DNA of 64,000 nt from a bacterium (GTDB lineage Bacteria; JAMOTN01). Location: positions 361 through 64,360 of the forward strand of contig JAMOTN010000079.1 in NCBI GenBank assembly GCA_027062325.1. Direction: 5' to 3'. A model generated the notes under the pieces. It saw only the letters and a program-made list of their open reading frames with translations, was not told the origin of the DNA and did no database searches. The translations under genes were made by a program, and so were the position numbers. Within the stretch, counting starts at the first letter, position 1; every line of letters starts with the position of its first letter. This document shows positions 1 through 10,656 of this stretch, piece after piece.

Positions 1-102
1 TTTTAACTTTCTTAAACTCAATCCTATGAACAGTTTCATTTAAGTCAGAAAAAATAAACATTTGAACCTCAATTAACCTCCCCTATTTCATATCATCAAC
101 AT

Positions 103-1338
103 TTAACCAGCAATTTTGTGCGCAATTTTAGTTATATCTCCAGCCCCTAGAAACGCCACGGCTTCAAATCCCCGAAGTTTATTCAAGTAATCCTTCACCT
201 CGTACTTATCAATTACCTTTCTCCCCAGCTGATTCGCCAAATCTTCTGAGGTTATGCTCCCTTTTTTCTCTCCTGCTGAGTAAACGGGCAAAACTGCCAC
301 TTCATCCGCCATTTTTAAAGCCTGGGCAAACTGATCTATAAATTTTTCTAAACGACTGTAGCGATGTGGCTGGAAAACAACTGCCACTCTTGAGTGCTTC
401 TCTTTTAAAGTCTTTATAACCGCTTCAACCTCAGTTGGATGATGGGCATAATCATCGTAAATCAACATCTCATTGAACCTACCTATGACTTCAAGCCTTC
501 GTGCAACTCCTTGAAAACTGCTTATAGCTTCCACTGCTTCAGCAATAGGAATAACTTCAGAAACAGCTATAATAGCTAATGCAGCATTTAAAAGGTTATG
601 CCTTCCCGGTACTTTCAAATTTAATTCGTAACTCTTCCCCAAATACTCCAACCTATTTCCCACAACATCCCAATCTCTCCCCTTCAAAAGCATCCCCTTC
701 ATTCCAAGATCAACTGTTGTAACAACTCGCTTTGACTTCTCCGCAAAGTTTCTTATTTCAGACAAAACTTCTTCCTTACTTGAGTAAAAGTCTGGATGAT
801 CCAATTCAACATTTGTTATCACTGCAATAGAAGGTCGATAATAAGTAAGTGTTCTATCACTCTCATCTGCTTCAATTACTGCTACTTCTTTACCACTCCA
901 ATAAAAATTACTCCCCCACTCTCGAACAACACCACCGATGGCAGAAACAAAAGGATAACTCATTCGGTACAAAATCCAACTAATCATCGCACTTGTTGTA
1001 GTCTTACCATGTGTTCCTGTCACCGCTATTTGATAATACCTATTAGCAAGTCTCGCTAGTAAAGCAGCCCTTGGTAACACCTCTAATCCCAATTGATAAG
1101 CAGCCTTTAACTCCTCATGCTCTGCACTAATAGCCGTGCTCACTCCAACCACTTCAACTCCATGAAGATGAGCAGGATCATGCCCTACAAAACATTTTAT
1201 CCCCTCCTCTGCCATAACATCGAAAGTGTAACCCCTTCTAGCATCACAGCCAGAAACCTCTTCACCTTCTTTTTTCAACCAAAGTGCAACAGCACTCAAA
1301 CCTATTCCCCCAACTCCTATGAGATGATAGCTAGCCAT
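103..1338 (-). CDS. murC: UDP-N-acetylmuramate--L-alanine ligase
   Basis: N-terminal GIGLSAVA nucleotide-binding loop and Mur ligase GTHGKTTT P-loop; last gene of the dcw array on the minus strand. Confidence 0.9.
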   Translation of the reverse strand: MASYHLIGVGGIGLSAVALWLKKEGEEVSGCDARRGYTFDVMAEEGIKCFVGHDPAHLHGVEVVGVSTAISAEHEELKAAYQLGLEVLPRAALLARLANRYYQIAVTGTHGKTTTSAMISWILYRMSYPFVSAIGGVVREWGSNFYWSGKEVAVIEADESDRTLTYYRPSIAVITNVELDHPDFYSSKEEVLSEIRNFAEKSKRVVTTVDLGMKGMLLKGRDWDVVGNRLEYLGKSYELNLKVPGRHNLLNAALAIIAVSEVIPIAEAVEAISSFQGVARRLEVIGRFNEMLIYDDYAHHPTEVEAVIKTLKEKHSRVAVVFQPHRYSRLEKFIDQFAQALKMADEVAVLPVYSAGEKKGSITSEDLANQLGRKVIDKYEVKDYLNKLRGFEAVAFLGAGDITKIAHKIAG

Positions 1339-2327
1339 CGGTTCAACCCCTCTTTGGCAGGAATTACTCCAAGCTCTTTTCTTATCGCTTGCAATTTTTC
1401 CATCATTATAGCACGATTGGAAAAGATATACATTAAACTTTCGAGAACTCTACTTATTTTGCTTATCTCCTCTTCTTTTATTATAACTCCTCCCTCACCC
1501 ATCATTTCAGCATTCCTGAATTGGTGGCCCATCCTCGACGTAGCAAGTGGTACTAAAATTGCAGGCTGAGCTGAGTCTATTAACTGAAACACAGTACCAG
1601 CCCCAGCTCTAGATATAACACAATCAAATTTTCCAAAGTAATGACTAACTCCCTCTATATAATCAGCTATCTGCAGCTCTTCATCTTCAAATTCAACAAA
1701 CTTATCGAAGTGTTTCCCCGCTATGAGAAAAATTTTAAACTTGACAAGCGGTGCAAACTTTTTAAGATCCACAGCCAACCTACAAAGAACCTCAGCTCCC
1801 TGACTTCCCCCAACTATCAAAACTTTCTTATCATCCTCTCGAAGAAATTTTTCAATCTTCAAATAAGGCTTAAAGCGCCTCTTGAAGTAGTAACTTGAAA
1901 AGTCAGAAGCAATATCTGCACCAAGATAATTTCCAAATGGCGATATGAGTCTTCCTCCCAACCACATCCCTAACTTATTAGCTAGTCCCAAAGATGGATC
2001 AGCATTGTAAACCCACAAACTCCCCGATTTAGCTGCAAATATGGCTGGAATAGAAAGATAAGCTCCTGCTATTAAAGTTACATCCACATCCAATCTTTTT
2101 AGCTTCGCAACCTCCCGAGTGAGCGAAAACCAGAACCTCCTGTCAAATCGCGAAAAGGAAGCTGGCACAAAAAAGCATCCCAACTCATACGCCAGCTTTT
2201 CCTCTATTTTACCGGGTATCCCATACCAAAATACTTCAAAATCGGTATTATCTCCTAAAAAAGAGGCAGCTCCAGCTAAGGGATAGGCATGTCCACCCGT
2301 TATTCCGCCCGCCAGCAATACTCTCAT
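1317..2327 (-). CDS. murG: undecaprenyldiphospho-muramoylpentapeptide beta-N-acetylglucosaminyltransferase
   Basis: N-terminal LLAGGITGGHAYPL G-loop typical of MurG/GT28; dcw context; 22-nt overlap with murC. Confidence 0.85.
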   Translation of the reverse strand: MRVLLAGGITGGHAYPLAGAASFLGDNTDFEVFWYGIPGKIEEKLAYELGCFFVPASFSRFDRRFWFSLTREVAKLKRLDVDVTLIAGAYLSIPAIFAAKSGSLWVYNADPSLGLANKLGMWLGGRLISPFGNYLGADIASDFSSYYFKRRFKPYLKIEKFLREDDKKVLIVGGSQGAEVLCRLAVDLKKFAPLVKFKIFLIAGKHFDKFVEFEDEELQIADYIEGVSHYFGKFDCVISRAGAGTVFQLIDSAQPAILVPLATSRMGHQFRNAEMMGEGGVIIKEEEISKISRVLESLMYIFSNRAIMMEKLQAIRKELGVIPAKEGLNRWLAIIS

Positions 2328-3460
2328 AACCTTATTCTTCTCCTTTTTCTGGAAGAAACCTCAGCAAAACGCGATATGGCAAGTATAAAACCTATCTCGA
2401 TGAAAAACATCAAGGTAGCACTACCACCATAACTCAAAAATGGCAGTGGTAAACCCGTAAGAGGTAACACTCCAACGTTTACCGCAATGTTAAAAAATAT
2501 GTGAACTGCAATTATAAATATCATACCCAGCCCTGCCACATATTCAAATACCGCTCCTTTTTTCTTTTCTAAACTCGCCATCAATAACCTGTAAAGAGAT
2601 AAAATCAAAAGAAAGTAGAAAACAAATAAAATAACAACGCCAACGTATCCAAGCTCACAAGCCAATACAGCAAAAATCGAATCGGAGTGCTGCTCCGGCA
2701 AAACCCCTACAAACTCAGCTTCTCTCCCCAACCCAACTCCTATCAACCCACCATACCCTATAGCAGTTTTTAACTTTATCACATGATATCCAATTCCTAA
2801 CTTATCTTCCCAAGGATTCAACCAAGCCTTTATACGGTTTAAACGATAAGTAGAAGACGTGACGTATATATAGGAGAACACGAGCAATACTAAAAACATG
2901 GATAGGATATTCTTAAAAGGCACTTTAACTATCCACATCAAAGCAAAGAAAACCGTAACCAAAACCATACCTGTTCCAAAATCAGGCTGAAGCATTATGA
3001 AGAAGGCATTTAAACCAACCACAAGAAGTAGAGATAACATTTCACGAATCTTTTTGGGAACACCGTATTTAGCAAACCAGTAAGCTGTATATATAACAAC
3101 CGCAAACTTAGCAAATTCAGAAGGTTGGAAAACATAACTACCAAGCTTTAGCCATCTCCTAGCTCCTTTTATAGTGAGAGAAAACTTTGGAGATATAAAC
3201 AAAATAAACAAGAGAAATATTGAGAAAAACACTAACCTTGGAGCAGTCCTTTGCCAAAACTGAGGATTTATACGTGATACCACAAGCATAGCGGCAGTTC
3301 CTATCAATATCCATATTAGCTGCCGCCTCAAAAAAAACGATGAATCACCAAATTTTTTAATACCAGCTGAGTAGCTGGCACTGTATAACACTACTAACCC
3401 ATAAGCAATAATCGAAGCAAGTATAACATATATAACGTATCTCAAGTACCTTGTTCGCAT
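2324..3460 (-). CDS. ftsW: SEDS family peptidoglycan glycosyltransferase FtsW/RodA
   Basis: ~10 TM helices; lies between murD and murG; 4-nt overlap with murG. Confidence 0.8.
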   Translation of the reverse strand: MRTRYLRYVIYVILASIIAYGLVVLYSASYSAGIKKFGDSSFFLRRQLIWILIGTAAMLVVSRINPQFWQRTAPRLVFFSIFLLFILFISPKFSLTIKGARRWLKLGSYVFQPSEFAKFAVVIYTAYWFAKYGVPKKIREMLSLLLVVGLNAFFIMLQPDFGTGMVLVTVFFALMWIVKVPFKNILSMFLVLLVFSYIYVTSSTYRLNRIKAWLNPWEDKLGIGYHVIKLKTAIGYGGLIGVGLGREAEFVGVLPEQHSDSIFAVLACELGYVGVVILFVFYFLLILSLYRLLMASLEKKKGAVFEYVAGLGMIFIIAVHIFFNIAVNVGVLPLTGLPLPFLSYGGSATLMFFIEIGFILAISRFAEVSSRKRRRIRL

Positions 3461-4923
3461 ACTTCTATCTTAACAAACCTTTTAAAAAATTCACCTCTCT
3501 CCTCATAAGATTTAAATCTATCGTAGCTGGAGGTTGCTGGCGAAAACAACACAACATCCCCCGGCTCAGCAAGCTCATTTGCCTTTCTTATGGCATCCTC
3601 AAGTTTCACAAATCTATAATCAGCTTCTACATCAACCTTTGCTAAATCTCCAGTAACTATGCTTACCTTTGCTGGCAACTTTTCAACAGGTGTCCAATCC
3701 AATTTCTTATCGTATCCTCCCCATATCAGTATTACATTCTTTTTGGGATAATATGAGTAAAAAGCTGCAACTGTAGAATCAGTCGAAGTAGATTTTGAAT
3801 CATTTACCCAAACAATACCATTACATTCCACCACAAACTCAAGCCTATGAGGTAAAAATTCATAACTACGTAGCTGCTTACAAAACTCATTCCAACTCAT
3901 ACCAAACTGATCAACCACAGCCCAGGCATACAACACATTGTCTAACCTAAAGCCAAAAATTTTCTCGTTATCAAACTCTCCCAATAAATTACCTCTCCTG
4001 TAAAACTTACGTTCTTGTCGAATATAATCTCTTCCCACTACCACAAGTTTATTCTCATCTACATCAAAAAACTTCAACAACTTTTCTAAATCTTTTTCTC
4101 CTATGACAATAACATCAGAATGTAATACTAGCTCGGACTTTATCCTCCAATAAGTATCCAAGTTCCCATATCTGTCTAGGTGGTCCTCCCACAAATTCAA
4201 TATACATCCAACCTTAACTTTAAAATTGGTATTGTACTCAAGCTGAAAACTACTAACCTCTAAAACCAAATCTTCGAGGTTTCTGTCAACTTCAGAACAA
4301 ACTCTAGCAGGGGGTATTCCAACATTTCCAACAGCTACCTTACCTAAAATATGTGCAATCATAGTGGTAACAGTCGTTTTTCCCTTGCTTCCAGTAACAG
4401 CAGCCGCATAATAACCTTTTTTAAATCCCCATACTAAATCTATATCTCCTAAAACCTTGACCCCATCCATTACAGTTTTCAAACTTTTTTTCTTAAATAA
4501 CTCAAGCACTTTAATTGGCGGTACCCCCGGGGATACAACCAACCACTCCACATGCTTCAAGTTAGCAAGAATTTCTTCTAGACCTTTTTTTCCCCAATCC
4601 GAATCATCAAACATAAAACTCCTTATTCCTTTCTTATCCAAAAACTCCTTTACTGCTCTCGCAGTCTTTCCCTTTCCATAAATTCCAAACACATCTGCAC
4701 ACTTCAACTCTTCAGCAGTCAAATTTCCTATTCTCTCTCTCACTCTTTGCAGTACTTCAAAATATTCTCCAACTTGCACTAAGCATCCCTGCCTTTTACT
4801 TCCATAAAAATCTTGCCCAATTAACGATTGAATATAACTCCTATTCCAAGTACCGCCAATCCAAGAAGCGAAGCAATTATTGCAACAATCCAGAATCTCA
4901 ACACTATTTTTGTTTCTGCCCAC
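3442..4923 (-). CDS. murD: UDP-N-acetylmuramoylalanine--D-glutamate ligase; the annotated 5' end is probably over-extended, with a GTG candidate start near 4779
   Basis: GSKGKTTVTTMI P-loop of the Mur ligase family; position after mraY. The first ~48 aa are Cys/Trp-rich, overlap the mraY 3' end by 103 nt and look non-genuine. Confidence 0.8.
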   Translation of the reverse strand: MGRNKNSVEILDCCNNCFASWIGGTWNRSYIQSLIGQDFYGSKRQGCLVQVGEYFEVLQRVRERIGNLTAEELKCADVFGIYGKGKTARAVKEFLDKKGIRSFMFDDSDWGKKGLEEILANLKHVEWLVVSPGVPPIKVLELFKKKSLKTVMDGVKVLGDIDLVWGFKKGYYAAAVTGSKGKTTVTTMIAHILGKVAVGNVGIPPARVCSEVDRNLEDLVLEVSSFQLEYNTNFKVKVGCILNLWEDHLDRYGNLDTYWRIKSELVLHSDVIVIGEKDLEKLLKFFDVDENKLVVVGRDYIRQERKFYRRGNLLGEFDNEKIFGFRLDNVLYAWAVVDQFGMSWNEFCKQLRSYEFLPHRLEFVVECNGIVWVNDSKSTSTDSTVAAFYSYYPKKNVILIWGGYDKKLDWTPVEKLPAKVSIVTGDLAKVDVEADYRFVKLEDAIRKANELAEPGDVVLFSPATSSYDRFKSYEERGEFFKRFVKIEVCEQGT

Positions 4924-5876
4924 CCAAGCAACTCAAAGTGATGGTGAATCGGACTCATTCTAAAAACTTTTCTACCAAAAAAGCGATATGAAGTAACCTG
5001 AATTATCACGCTCAAAGCTTCCACAACAAATATTATTCCCACAATCGGTAAAAGCAACTCCTGTTTCACCACAAGAGCAAGAGCCCCCAAAGCCGCCCCT
5101 ACCGACAATGAACCAACATCTCCCATAAATATCTCTGCTGGCGGACAATTGTACCACAAAAAACCCAAACACGCCCCCACAACTGAAGCTGCAAGGGGGG
5201 CAAGTTCTCCTGCATAACTTATAAATGGAATACCAATGTGTGAGGAAAAAATTTTATTTCCTGCTACATATATCACTGGAACATAGGCTAATATAGCAAT
5301 TAAAATGGTTCCAGCCGCCAAGCCATCTAATCCATCCGTTAAATTCACAGCATTGGAAGTTGCAGTTACCACAAAAGCTGCAAATATAGGATAAAGTTTT
5401 CCCAACTCAACAGCAGTATTAATCCCTGGAATAAACACGTAAGACTTGCCATCCACAAACAACCAAATTCCAAGAAGTAACCCCACTACAAATTGAGCTC
5501 CTAATTTAGTATAAGCACTAACTCCATCACTTTTCCCAGTAGCAACCTTTTTTAAATCATCTAAAAATCCAACTATGGCCATAGCAAGCATAACAAACAA
5601 TACCCAAACAACCGCTACATTCAAACCGCACCAAGCAAGTGCTGAAAATAAAATAGCTACAACCATAACAACGCCACCCATAGTAGGCTTTCCGCGTTTT
5701 GCATCGTGTGTCTGGGGAGTATGTTCTCTTTTAGGCTGCCCAACTTTCTCTTTCAAAAACCCCCTTATCATTGCCGGCAAAAGTACCACCACTATCAAAA
5801 ACGTTGTTATAAGGGAAAAAAGTGTTCTAAGCGAAATCGCAGACAGAGAAAAACTCTTCAACAGATAATAAATCAA
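4821..5876 (-). CDS. mraY: phospho-N-acetylmuramoyl-pentapeptide transferase
   Basis: polytopic membrane protein; conserved MraY N-terminus FLKEKVGQPKREHTPQTH-type and DGLDGLA motif. Confidence 0.9.
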   Translation of the reverse strand: MIYYLLKSFSLSAISLRTLFSLITTFLIVVVLLPAMIRGFLKEKVGQPKREHTPQTHDAKRGKPTMGGVVMVVAILFSALAWCGLNVAVVWVLFVMLAMAIVGFLDDLKKVATGKSDGVSAYTKLGAQFVVGLLLGIWLFVDGKSYVFIPGINTAVELGKLYPIFAAFVVTATSNAVNLTDGLDGLAAGTILIAILAYVPVIYVAGNKIFSSHIGIPFISYAGELAPLAASVVGACLGFLWYNCPPAEIFMGDVGSLSVGAALGALALVVKQELLLPIVGIIFVVEALSVIIQVTSYRFFGRKVFRMSPIHHHFELLGWAETKIVLRFWIVAIIASLLGLAVLGIGVIFNR

Positions 5877-5908
5877 CTCTATCCCTCCATAAGTTAAACT
5901 TACCCACG

Positions 5909-7297
5909 CTAAATCCGCAGACCAAGTGCCTTTTCAAGTCTAACAGCCCTTGAAGCCTTTAAATATACTATGGGCTTTTCCAACTTTGAAATCCAGCGTT
6001 TTAACTCCCTATAAACAACATCGGAATTCTCATCGTCCAAGTAATCTATCCCCAATTTCACAACCTCAACATTTGAAAAATTACTCAACACCTCAACCAA
6101 ATCATCATAAAAGTTTCCAAGCAAAATAAAAACAAATTTAACAAAGCTTTTACAAACAAGTAGTCTTATACTATCAATCAACACCTTTTTCTCCGAAGAA
6201 GCTATCTCCTCTATTCTTCCTAAACAAGCCACAACATCCATTTGGTTATTGAAAGCAATCTTCTCCAAAGTTCTAATACCAGAAAGCAACGTTTCAATAG
6301 AGGCATTGTAACAATCTAGCACTATCTCAACCTCTTTCTCAGCAATTTCCCTTTTCAATACTTCCATTCTAGCCCTAGCAGAACTTTCAAAATTAACTAA
6401 CTTTTCAAGCTCCGAAAATGGCACTCCTAAAACATGTAAAATTCCCATCAACAAAGCTAAGCTAATTGAAAGATCAACTAATGACGAAACTTTTATATCA
6501 CCAACATCTACCTTGTATTCTTTCATACTTTTCCAATCTCTAATTAGAAAATTCTTAGCTTCATACACAGCACCACTAAGGTCAACCTTTTTTCTTTCAA
6601 TCGGCTCAACAAACAAAACTCTTCTCAAACTAGCACGTTCTAAACCTTTAAAATAACCTTCCAAATAACTGGGTGCAAGTAGTATCTCACTACGTTTGAA
6701 TAATTTTACCTTCTCTCCAAAAATTTCATCTTTAGAGCCAAAATTTCCAGAATGAGCACTTCCTATAGCAGTTAATACACCTATATTGGGCTGTAGTATC
6801 CACTCCAATTCATCCATCTCTCCTAGGGAATTTATCCCAACCTCAAACACAGCATCAACCGAACGTGAATTGATCATCTCCATAGGAAGACCGATGAAGT
6901 TGTTGAAGTTGCCCCTACTAGCCGAAAATCCCCAATCTTTCAAAATCCAATGAGCCAACTCCTTAAATGTAGTTTTTCCATAACTTCCAGTAACGCCAAT
7001 AACAACGCCCATCCTTTTGCGTAAGTAATAAGCAATTCTTTTCAACGCCTCCAAAGTATCATCAACTAAAACACCACTCCCACTAAGTCTCCTAGTAGCT
7101 ACCCAAAAAGCCGCCCCTTTATTCTTTGCCTCTTCCCAAAAATCAGCACCATCTCTTTTTCCTTTTAAAGCCCAAAAAGCCCGATTTTTAACATCGCGCC
7201 GTGAATCAATCTCTATTCCTAAAGCTGCTTTGTTTTTCCCAAATAACTTCCCTCCCAAAACTTCGGCTATCTCCTTACTTAAAACAACCCCAGCCAC
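5909..7297 (-). CDS. murF: UDP-N-acetylmuramoyl-tripeptide--D-alanyl-D-alanine ligase
   Basis: GVTGSYGKTTFKE P-loop; position between murE and mraY. Confidence 0.8.
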   Translation of the reverse strand: MAGVVLSKEIAEVLGGKLFGKNKAALGIEIDSRRDVKNRAFWALKGKRDGADFWEEAKNKGAAFWVATRRLSGSGVLVDDTLEALKRIAYYLRKRMGVVIGVTGSYGKTTFKELAHWILKDWGFSASRGNFNNFIGLPMEMINSRSVDAVFEVGINSLGEMDELEWILQPNIGVLTAIGSAHSGNFGSKDEIFGEKVKLFKRSEILLAPSYLEGYFKGLERASLRRVLFVEPIERKKVDLSGAVYEAKNFLIRDWKSMKEYKVDVGDIKVSSLVDLSISLALLMGILHVLGVPFSELEKLVNFESSARARMEVLKREIAEKEVEIVLDCYNASIETLLSGIRTLEKIAFNNQMDVVACLGRIEEIASSEKKVLIDSIRLLVCKSFVKFVFILLGNFYDDLVEVLSNFSNVEVVKLGIDYLDDENSDVVYRELKRWISKLEKPIVYLKASRAVRLEKALGLRI

Positions 7298-8821
7298 TTA
7301 GTGTTTCATCTCCTTATATCCCAATTCCATTAAAGCCTGACGCGCAATTTCTCTATCATCAAAATCTATAACTTTATCTCCAATTATTTGATAAGTCTCA
7401 TGACCTTTTCCAGCTATAACAACAGTATCCCTATTTTTTGCCATTTTTATAGCTTTGAATATTGCTTCTCTCCTATCCGGTATAACAACGTAATTATCCG
7501 TTTTTCCCTTTATACCAACTAGTATGTCATCAATTATCCTAAGAGGATCCTCACTTCTAGGATTATCAGAGGTAACAACAACATAGTCTGCAAGTTCAGC
7601 AGCATACTTTCCCATCATCGGACGCTTTTCTCTGGCTCTGTCCCCTCCACAACCAAATACCACTATGACACGCCCTTCTGTCAGCTCACGCGCCAATTCA
7701 AGCAACTTTTTCAAGCTCTCTGAAGTATGAGCATAATCAACAACCACAGCAAAATCTTGGCCCTCATCTATTAACTCAAACCTTCCCGGTACTCTTTTTA
7801 AACTCTCTATCCCTTTAACTATTTTCTCAACCCTCTCAGGATAAGCTGACAAAACCATGGAAAAAGCCATCAAAGCGTTATACACGTTAAAAAGCCCTGG
7901 CAAAGCTATACTCACCTCAAAATCTTTCAATTGCACTCCCAACATACTAGAAACTCTATCTGAAAAAATCAATTTAAATCTACTTCCCCCAAGTCCAGTT
8001 TCAATAATCTCAAATTCAATATCCTTTATTCTCTTACCATCTCTTCTACCAACCCCAATCACAGGAAGTGCACTTTCACGCCGCAATCTCATTCCCCAAT
8101 TATCATCAAGATTAATAACTCCAACAGTTTTCTCCTTGAAAAGTCGCCAATCTGTAAACAAAAGTCTCTTAGCCTGATAGTAATCTTCCATACTAACGTG
8201 AAATTCCTGATGCTCCGGAGATAAATTTGTGAACCCAACTGCATCAAAACGTGTTCCCACAACTCGCTCAAGTTTCAAAGAATGACTGGACACCTCCATT
8301 GCCACTGCATTAGCACCTTCATCAACAAACCATTTAAAAAGTCTCTGCAGTCTAACTCCATCAGGCGTAGTATTAGAGGAACTCTTTTTAATGTTTCCCA
8401 ATCTATACTCCACTGTTCCTATAACTCCGGGCTTCAATCCCAACTCTTTCAAAGCTGCCTCCATAAAATAGGTTGTAGTAGTCTTACCACAAGTTCCAGT
8501 AATCCCAAAAACTCCTAATTTATCAGAGGGATAATTGTAGATTCTACTAGCCAATACTCCTTGTATGCGATAAGTGTTATTCACAACAAACTGAGGAGCA
8601 TCAACCTCAACTTTTCTCTCAACTATAAAAGCAACTGCTCCTTTCTTTCGCGCTTCCCAAACATAATCATGGCCATCATGTCTGTGCCCTTTAACCGCCA
8701 CAAAACAACTCCCCTCTGTAACCTCACGCGAATCGTTTGCTATATCACAAACTTCACAATCTTCTCCAACAAATTCACCATCTAACCCTCTGATCAACTC
8801 AGAAAACTTCACTTTACCCAC
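7298..8821 (-). CDS. murE: UDP-N-acetylmuramoyl-L-alanyl-D-glutamate--2,6-diaminopimelate ligase
   Basis: GITGTCGKTTTTYF P-loop; C-terminal DNPR motif (VTSDNPRSEDP) typical of DAP-adding MurE; abuts murF (stop-start adjacency). Confidence 0.85.
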   Translation of the reverse strand: MGKVKFSELIRGLDGEFVGEDCEVCDIANDSREVTEGSCFVAVKGHRHDGHDYVWEARKKGAVAFIVERKVEVDAPQFVVNNTYRIQGVLASRIYNYPSDKLGVFGITGTCGKTTTTYFMEAALKELGLKPGVIGTVEYRLGNIKKSSSNTTPDGVRLQRLFKWFVDEGANAVAMEVSSHSLKLERVVGTRFDAVGFTNLSPEHQEFHVSMEDYYQAKRLLFTDWRLFKEKTVGVINLDDNWGMRLRRESALPVIGVGRRDGKRIKDIEFEIIETGLGGSRFKLIFSDRVSSMLGVQLKDFEVSIALPGLFNVYNALMAFSMVLSAYPERVEKIVKGIESLKRVPGRFELIDEGQDFAVVVDYAHTSESLKKLLELARELTEGRVIVVFGCGGDRAREKRPMMGKYAAELADYVVVTSDNPRSEDPLRIIDDILVGIKGKTDNYVVIPDRREAIFKAIKMAKNRDTVVIAGKGHETYQIIGDKVIDFDDREIARQALMELGYKEMKH

Positions 8822-10629
8822 ACCTCCAGCGTTGCACCAAATTCACTACCAGCTTGAGGCTTCTGCTTTACAACCCTTACTCCTGAACCGTGAACTATCA
8901 ATTTTGTATCTCTTCCTGTTAGGCGCTTTACAACGTCAAAAATTGTCTTTCCCTTAAAATCTGGAATCTTATAAAACACCTCTTCCTCCTCTTTTTTAGG
9001 AACATTAACACTTAAAACACGGTACTCCTTATCCTCATAAAGTCTCCTTACAATATTAGCAAACATTGCAGCCGCCACCTTACCACCAGAGATTCCCTTT
9101 CCCCTCGGTTCATCCACAACTACATAAAAACCAAGCCCCATCTCTTTAACGTACCCAAAAAAACTTACAACATACTTTCCCTTTTCATAACCTTTTGGCC
9201 CAGCTTTTTGGGCAGTTCCTGTTTTCCCATATATGGTCAATCCCTTTATTCTAGCTCTTTTCCCTGTTCCCCTCTCCACCACTCTCTCCATCGCATCATG
9301 CACAATCCCCATATCTGGAGTGAAAACTCGTTCGTATTTCTTATTTTCCTCCTTAATAACCTTTCCATCTCTTGCCACTATCATCTTTGTAATATTTGGT
9401 GAAGCTATCTCACCATTAGAAAATAAGCTCATCAAAGCTCTAATCATCTGAATAGCAGTCACCGCAAATTCTTGCCCAATTGCAACAGAAGCAACCGAGA
9501 CAACATTCCACTTTTTAATATCGCGAAGTATTCCGTCTTCCTCTCCCACAAAATCCAAGCTAGTTTTTTCCCCAAATCCAAGTCTTCTAAACAATGAGTA
9601 AAGTTCTTGTTTCCCCAATTTCAAGGCAATTTTTATAGCACCTACATTACATGAATAAGTTATGACATCCTCCGCATCTATCCAGTTGTGCGTACTATAA
9701 CACGAAATTTTGTATTTCCCCGGGACAACATATATATAACCAGGACAGTAAAACCTATCGCTTTTTCTAACAACTCCCTTTTCTAACGCCCATTTGAATA
9801 TCAAAGGCTTAACAACAGATCCCGGTTCAAATACGTTGAAAAAACACCCGGCACGCATCTTTTTAGGTAGAAAACACTCTTTTTCATTCTCAGGCATCGG
9901 CCATGAAGCAGCAGCAACAACCTCAAAACTTGGATTCAATACAACAACATAAGCAGCCTTTTGACGCCACTTTTCATAAGCCCTCTTCAAAACTTCTTCA
10001 GCAACTTGCTGAACCTTTATGTCTAAAGTTGTGTAAACATCACATGCTAGTCCTGTTTCTCTCCCTTTGAAATTGACTACTCCTTCTAGATATTTGTTCC
10101 ATTTTTTCTCAAGCCCGAACAAACCACGGTTATCAAGAAATCCGATGTTGTCAACTCCGACGCTTCCTATGATTTGTCTTCCAACTGTTCCAAAGGGATA
10201 TATTCTTTTGTATTCTTTTTTGAAAAAGATCCCCTTCAATTTCAAAGCTTTCAGCTTATCCTTTTCTTCCTTAGTAATAGCTCTCTTTATCCATACAAAG
10301 CGCCTATTTTTATCAGTCAACTTTTTCAATAACTTCTTCTCATCTAACTTAAACATTTGAGATAGCCTCAATGCTACATACTCAGGTTTCTTAACTAAAA
10401 CCGGATCTGCAAAAACAGAAAACCTTTCAGCGCTATAAGCTAAAATTAAACCATTCCTATCAAATATTTTTCCACGGGGAATGCTGTAGCTACTCCCCCT
10501 TATTCGCTCCTCTTTAGCCCTCTCAACCCAAAATTTATGCTCGAATATCTGCACCTTTCCTGTGTAAATCAAAACCCCAATCATTGCAGCAAACCATACA
10601 AAAAGGAGTAATTTCCCCCTTAACTCCAT
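8809..10629 (-). CDS. ftsI: class B penicillin-binding protein (transpeptidase)
   Basis: N-terminal TM anchor; SVVK (SxxK), SCN (SxN) and KTGTA (KTG) active-site motifs; first gene of the dcw array. Confidence 0.85.
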   Translation of the reverse strand: MELRGKLLLFVWFAAMIGVLIYTGKVQIFEHKFWVERAKEERIRGSSYSIPRGKIFDRNGLILAYSAERFSVFADPVLVKKPEYVALRLSQMFKLDEKKLLKKLTDKNRRFVWIKRAITKEEKDKLKALKLKGIFFKKEYKRIYPFGTVGRQIIGSVGVDNIGFLDNRGLFGLEKKWNKYLEGVVNFKGRETGLACDVYTTLDIKVQQVAEEVLKRAYEKWRQKAAYVVVLNPSFEVVAAASWPMPENEKECFLPKKMRAGCFFNVFEPGSVVKPLIFKWALEKGVVRKSDRFYCPGYIYVVPGKYKISCYSTHNWIDAEDVITYSCNVGAIKIALKLGKQELYSLFRRLGFGEKTSLDFVGEEDGILRDIKKWNVVSVASVAIGQEFAVTAIQMIRALMSLFSNGEIASPNITKMIVARDGKVIKEENKKYERVFTPDMGIVHDAMERVVERGTGKRARIKGLTIYGKTGTAQKAGPKGYEKGKYVVSFFGYVKEMGLGFYVVVDEPRGKGISGGKVAAAMFANIVRRLYEDKEYRVLSVNVPKKEEEEVFYKIPDFKGKTIFDVVKRLTGRDTKLIVHGSGVRVVKQKPQAGSEFGATLEVWVK

Positions 10630-10656
10630 AAAAACTTACCATCCCCTTGAAACAGC

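Noticed and set aside
796-1569. Plus-strand ORFs 796..1059 and 1117..1569 and the many other 60-150-aa ORFs antisense to confident genes
   Set aside because: They sit wholly within well-supported opposite-strand housekeeping genes and have low-complexity Ser/Leu/Phe-rich translations typical of antisense frames in AT-rich DNA.
3442-4923. First ~48 codons of the murD ORF (MGRNKNSVEILDCCNNCFASW...)
   Set aside because: Cys/Trp-rich and overlapping the mraY 3' end by 103 nt. A GTG at ~4779 preceded by a purine-rich stretch gives a MurD of normal length, so the extension is treated as spurious.
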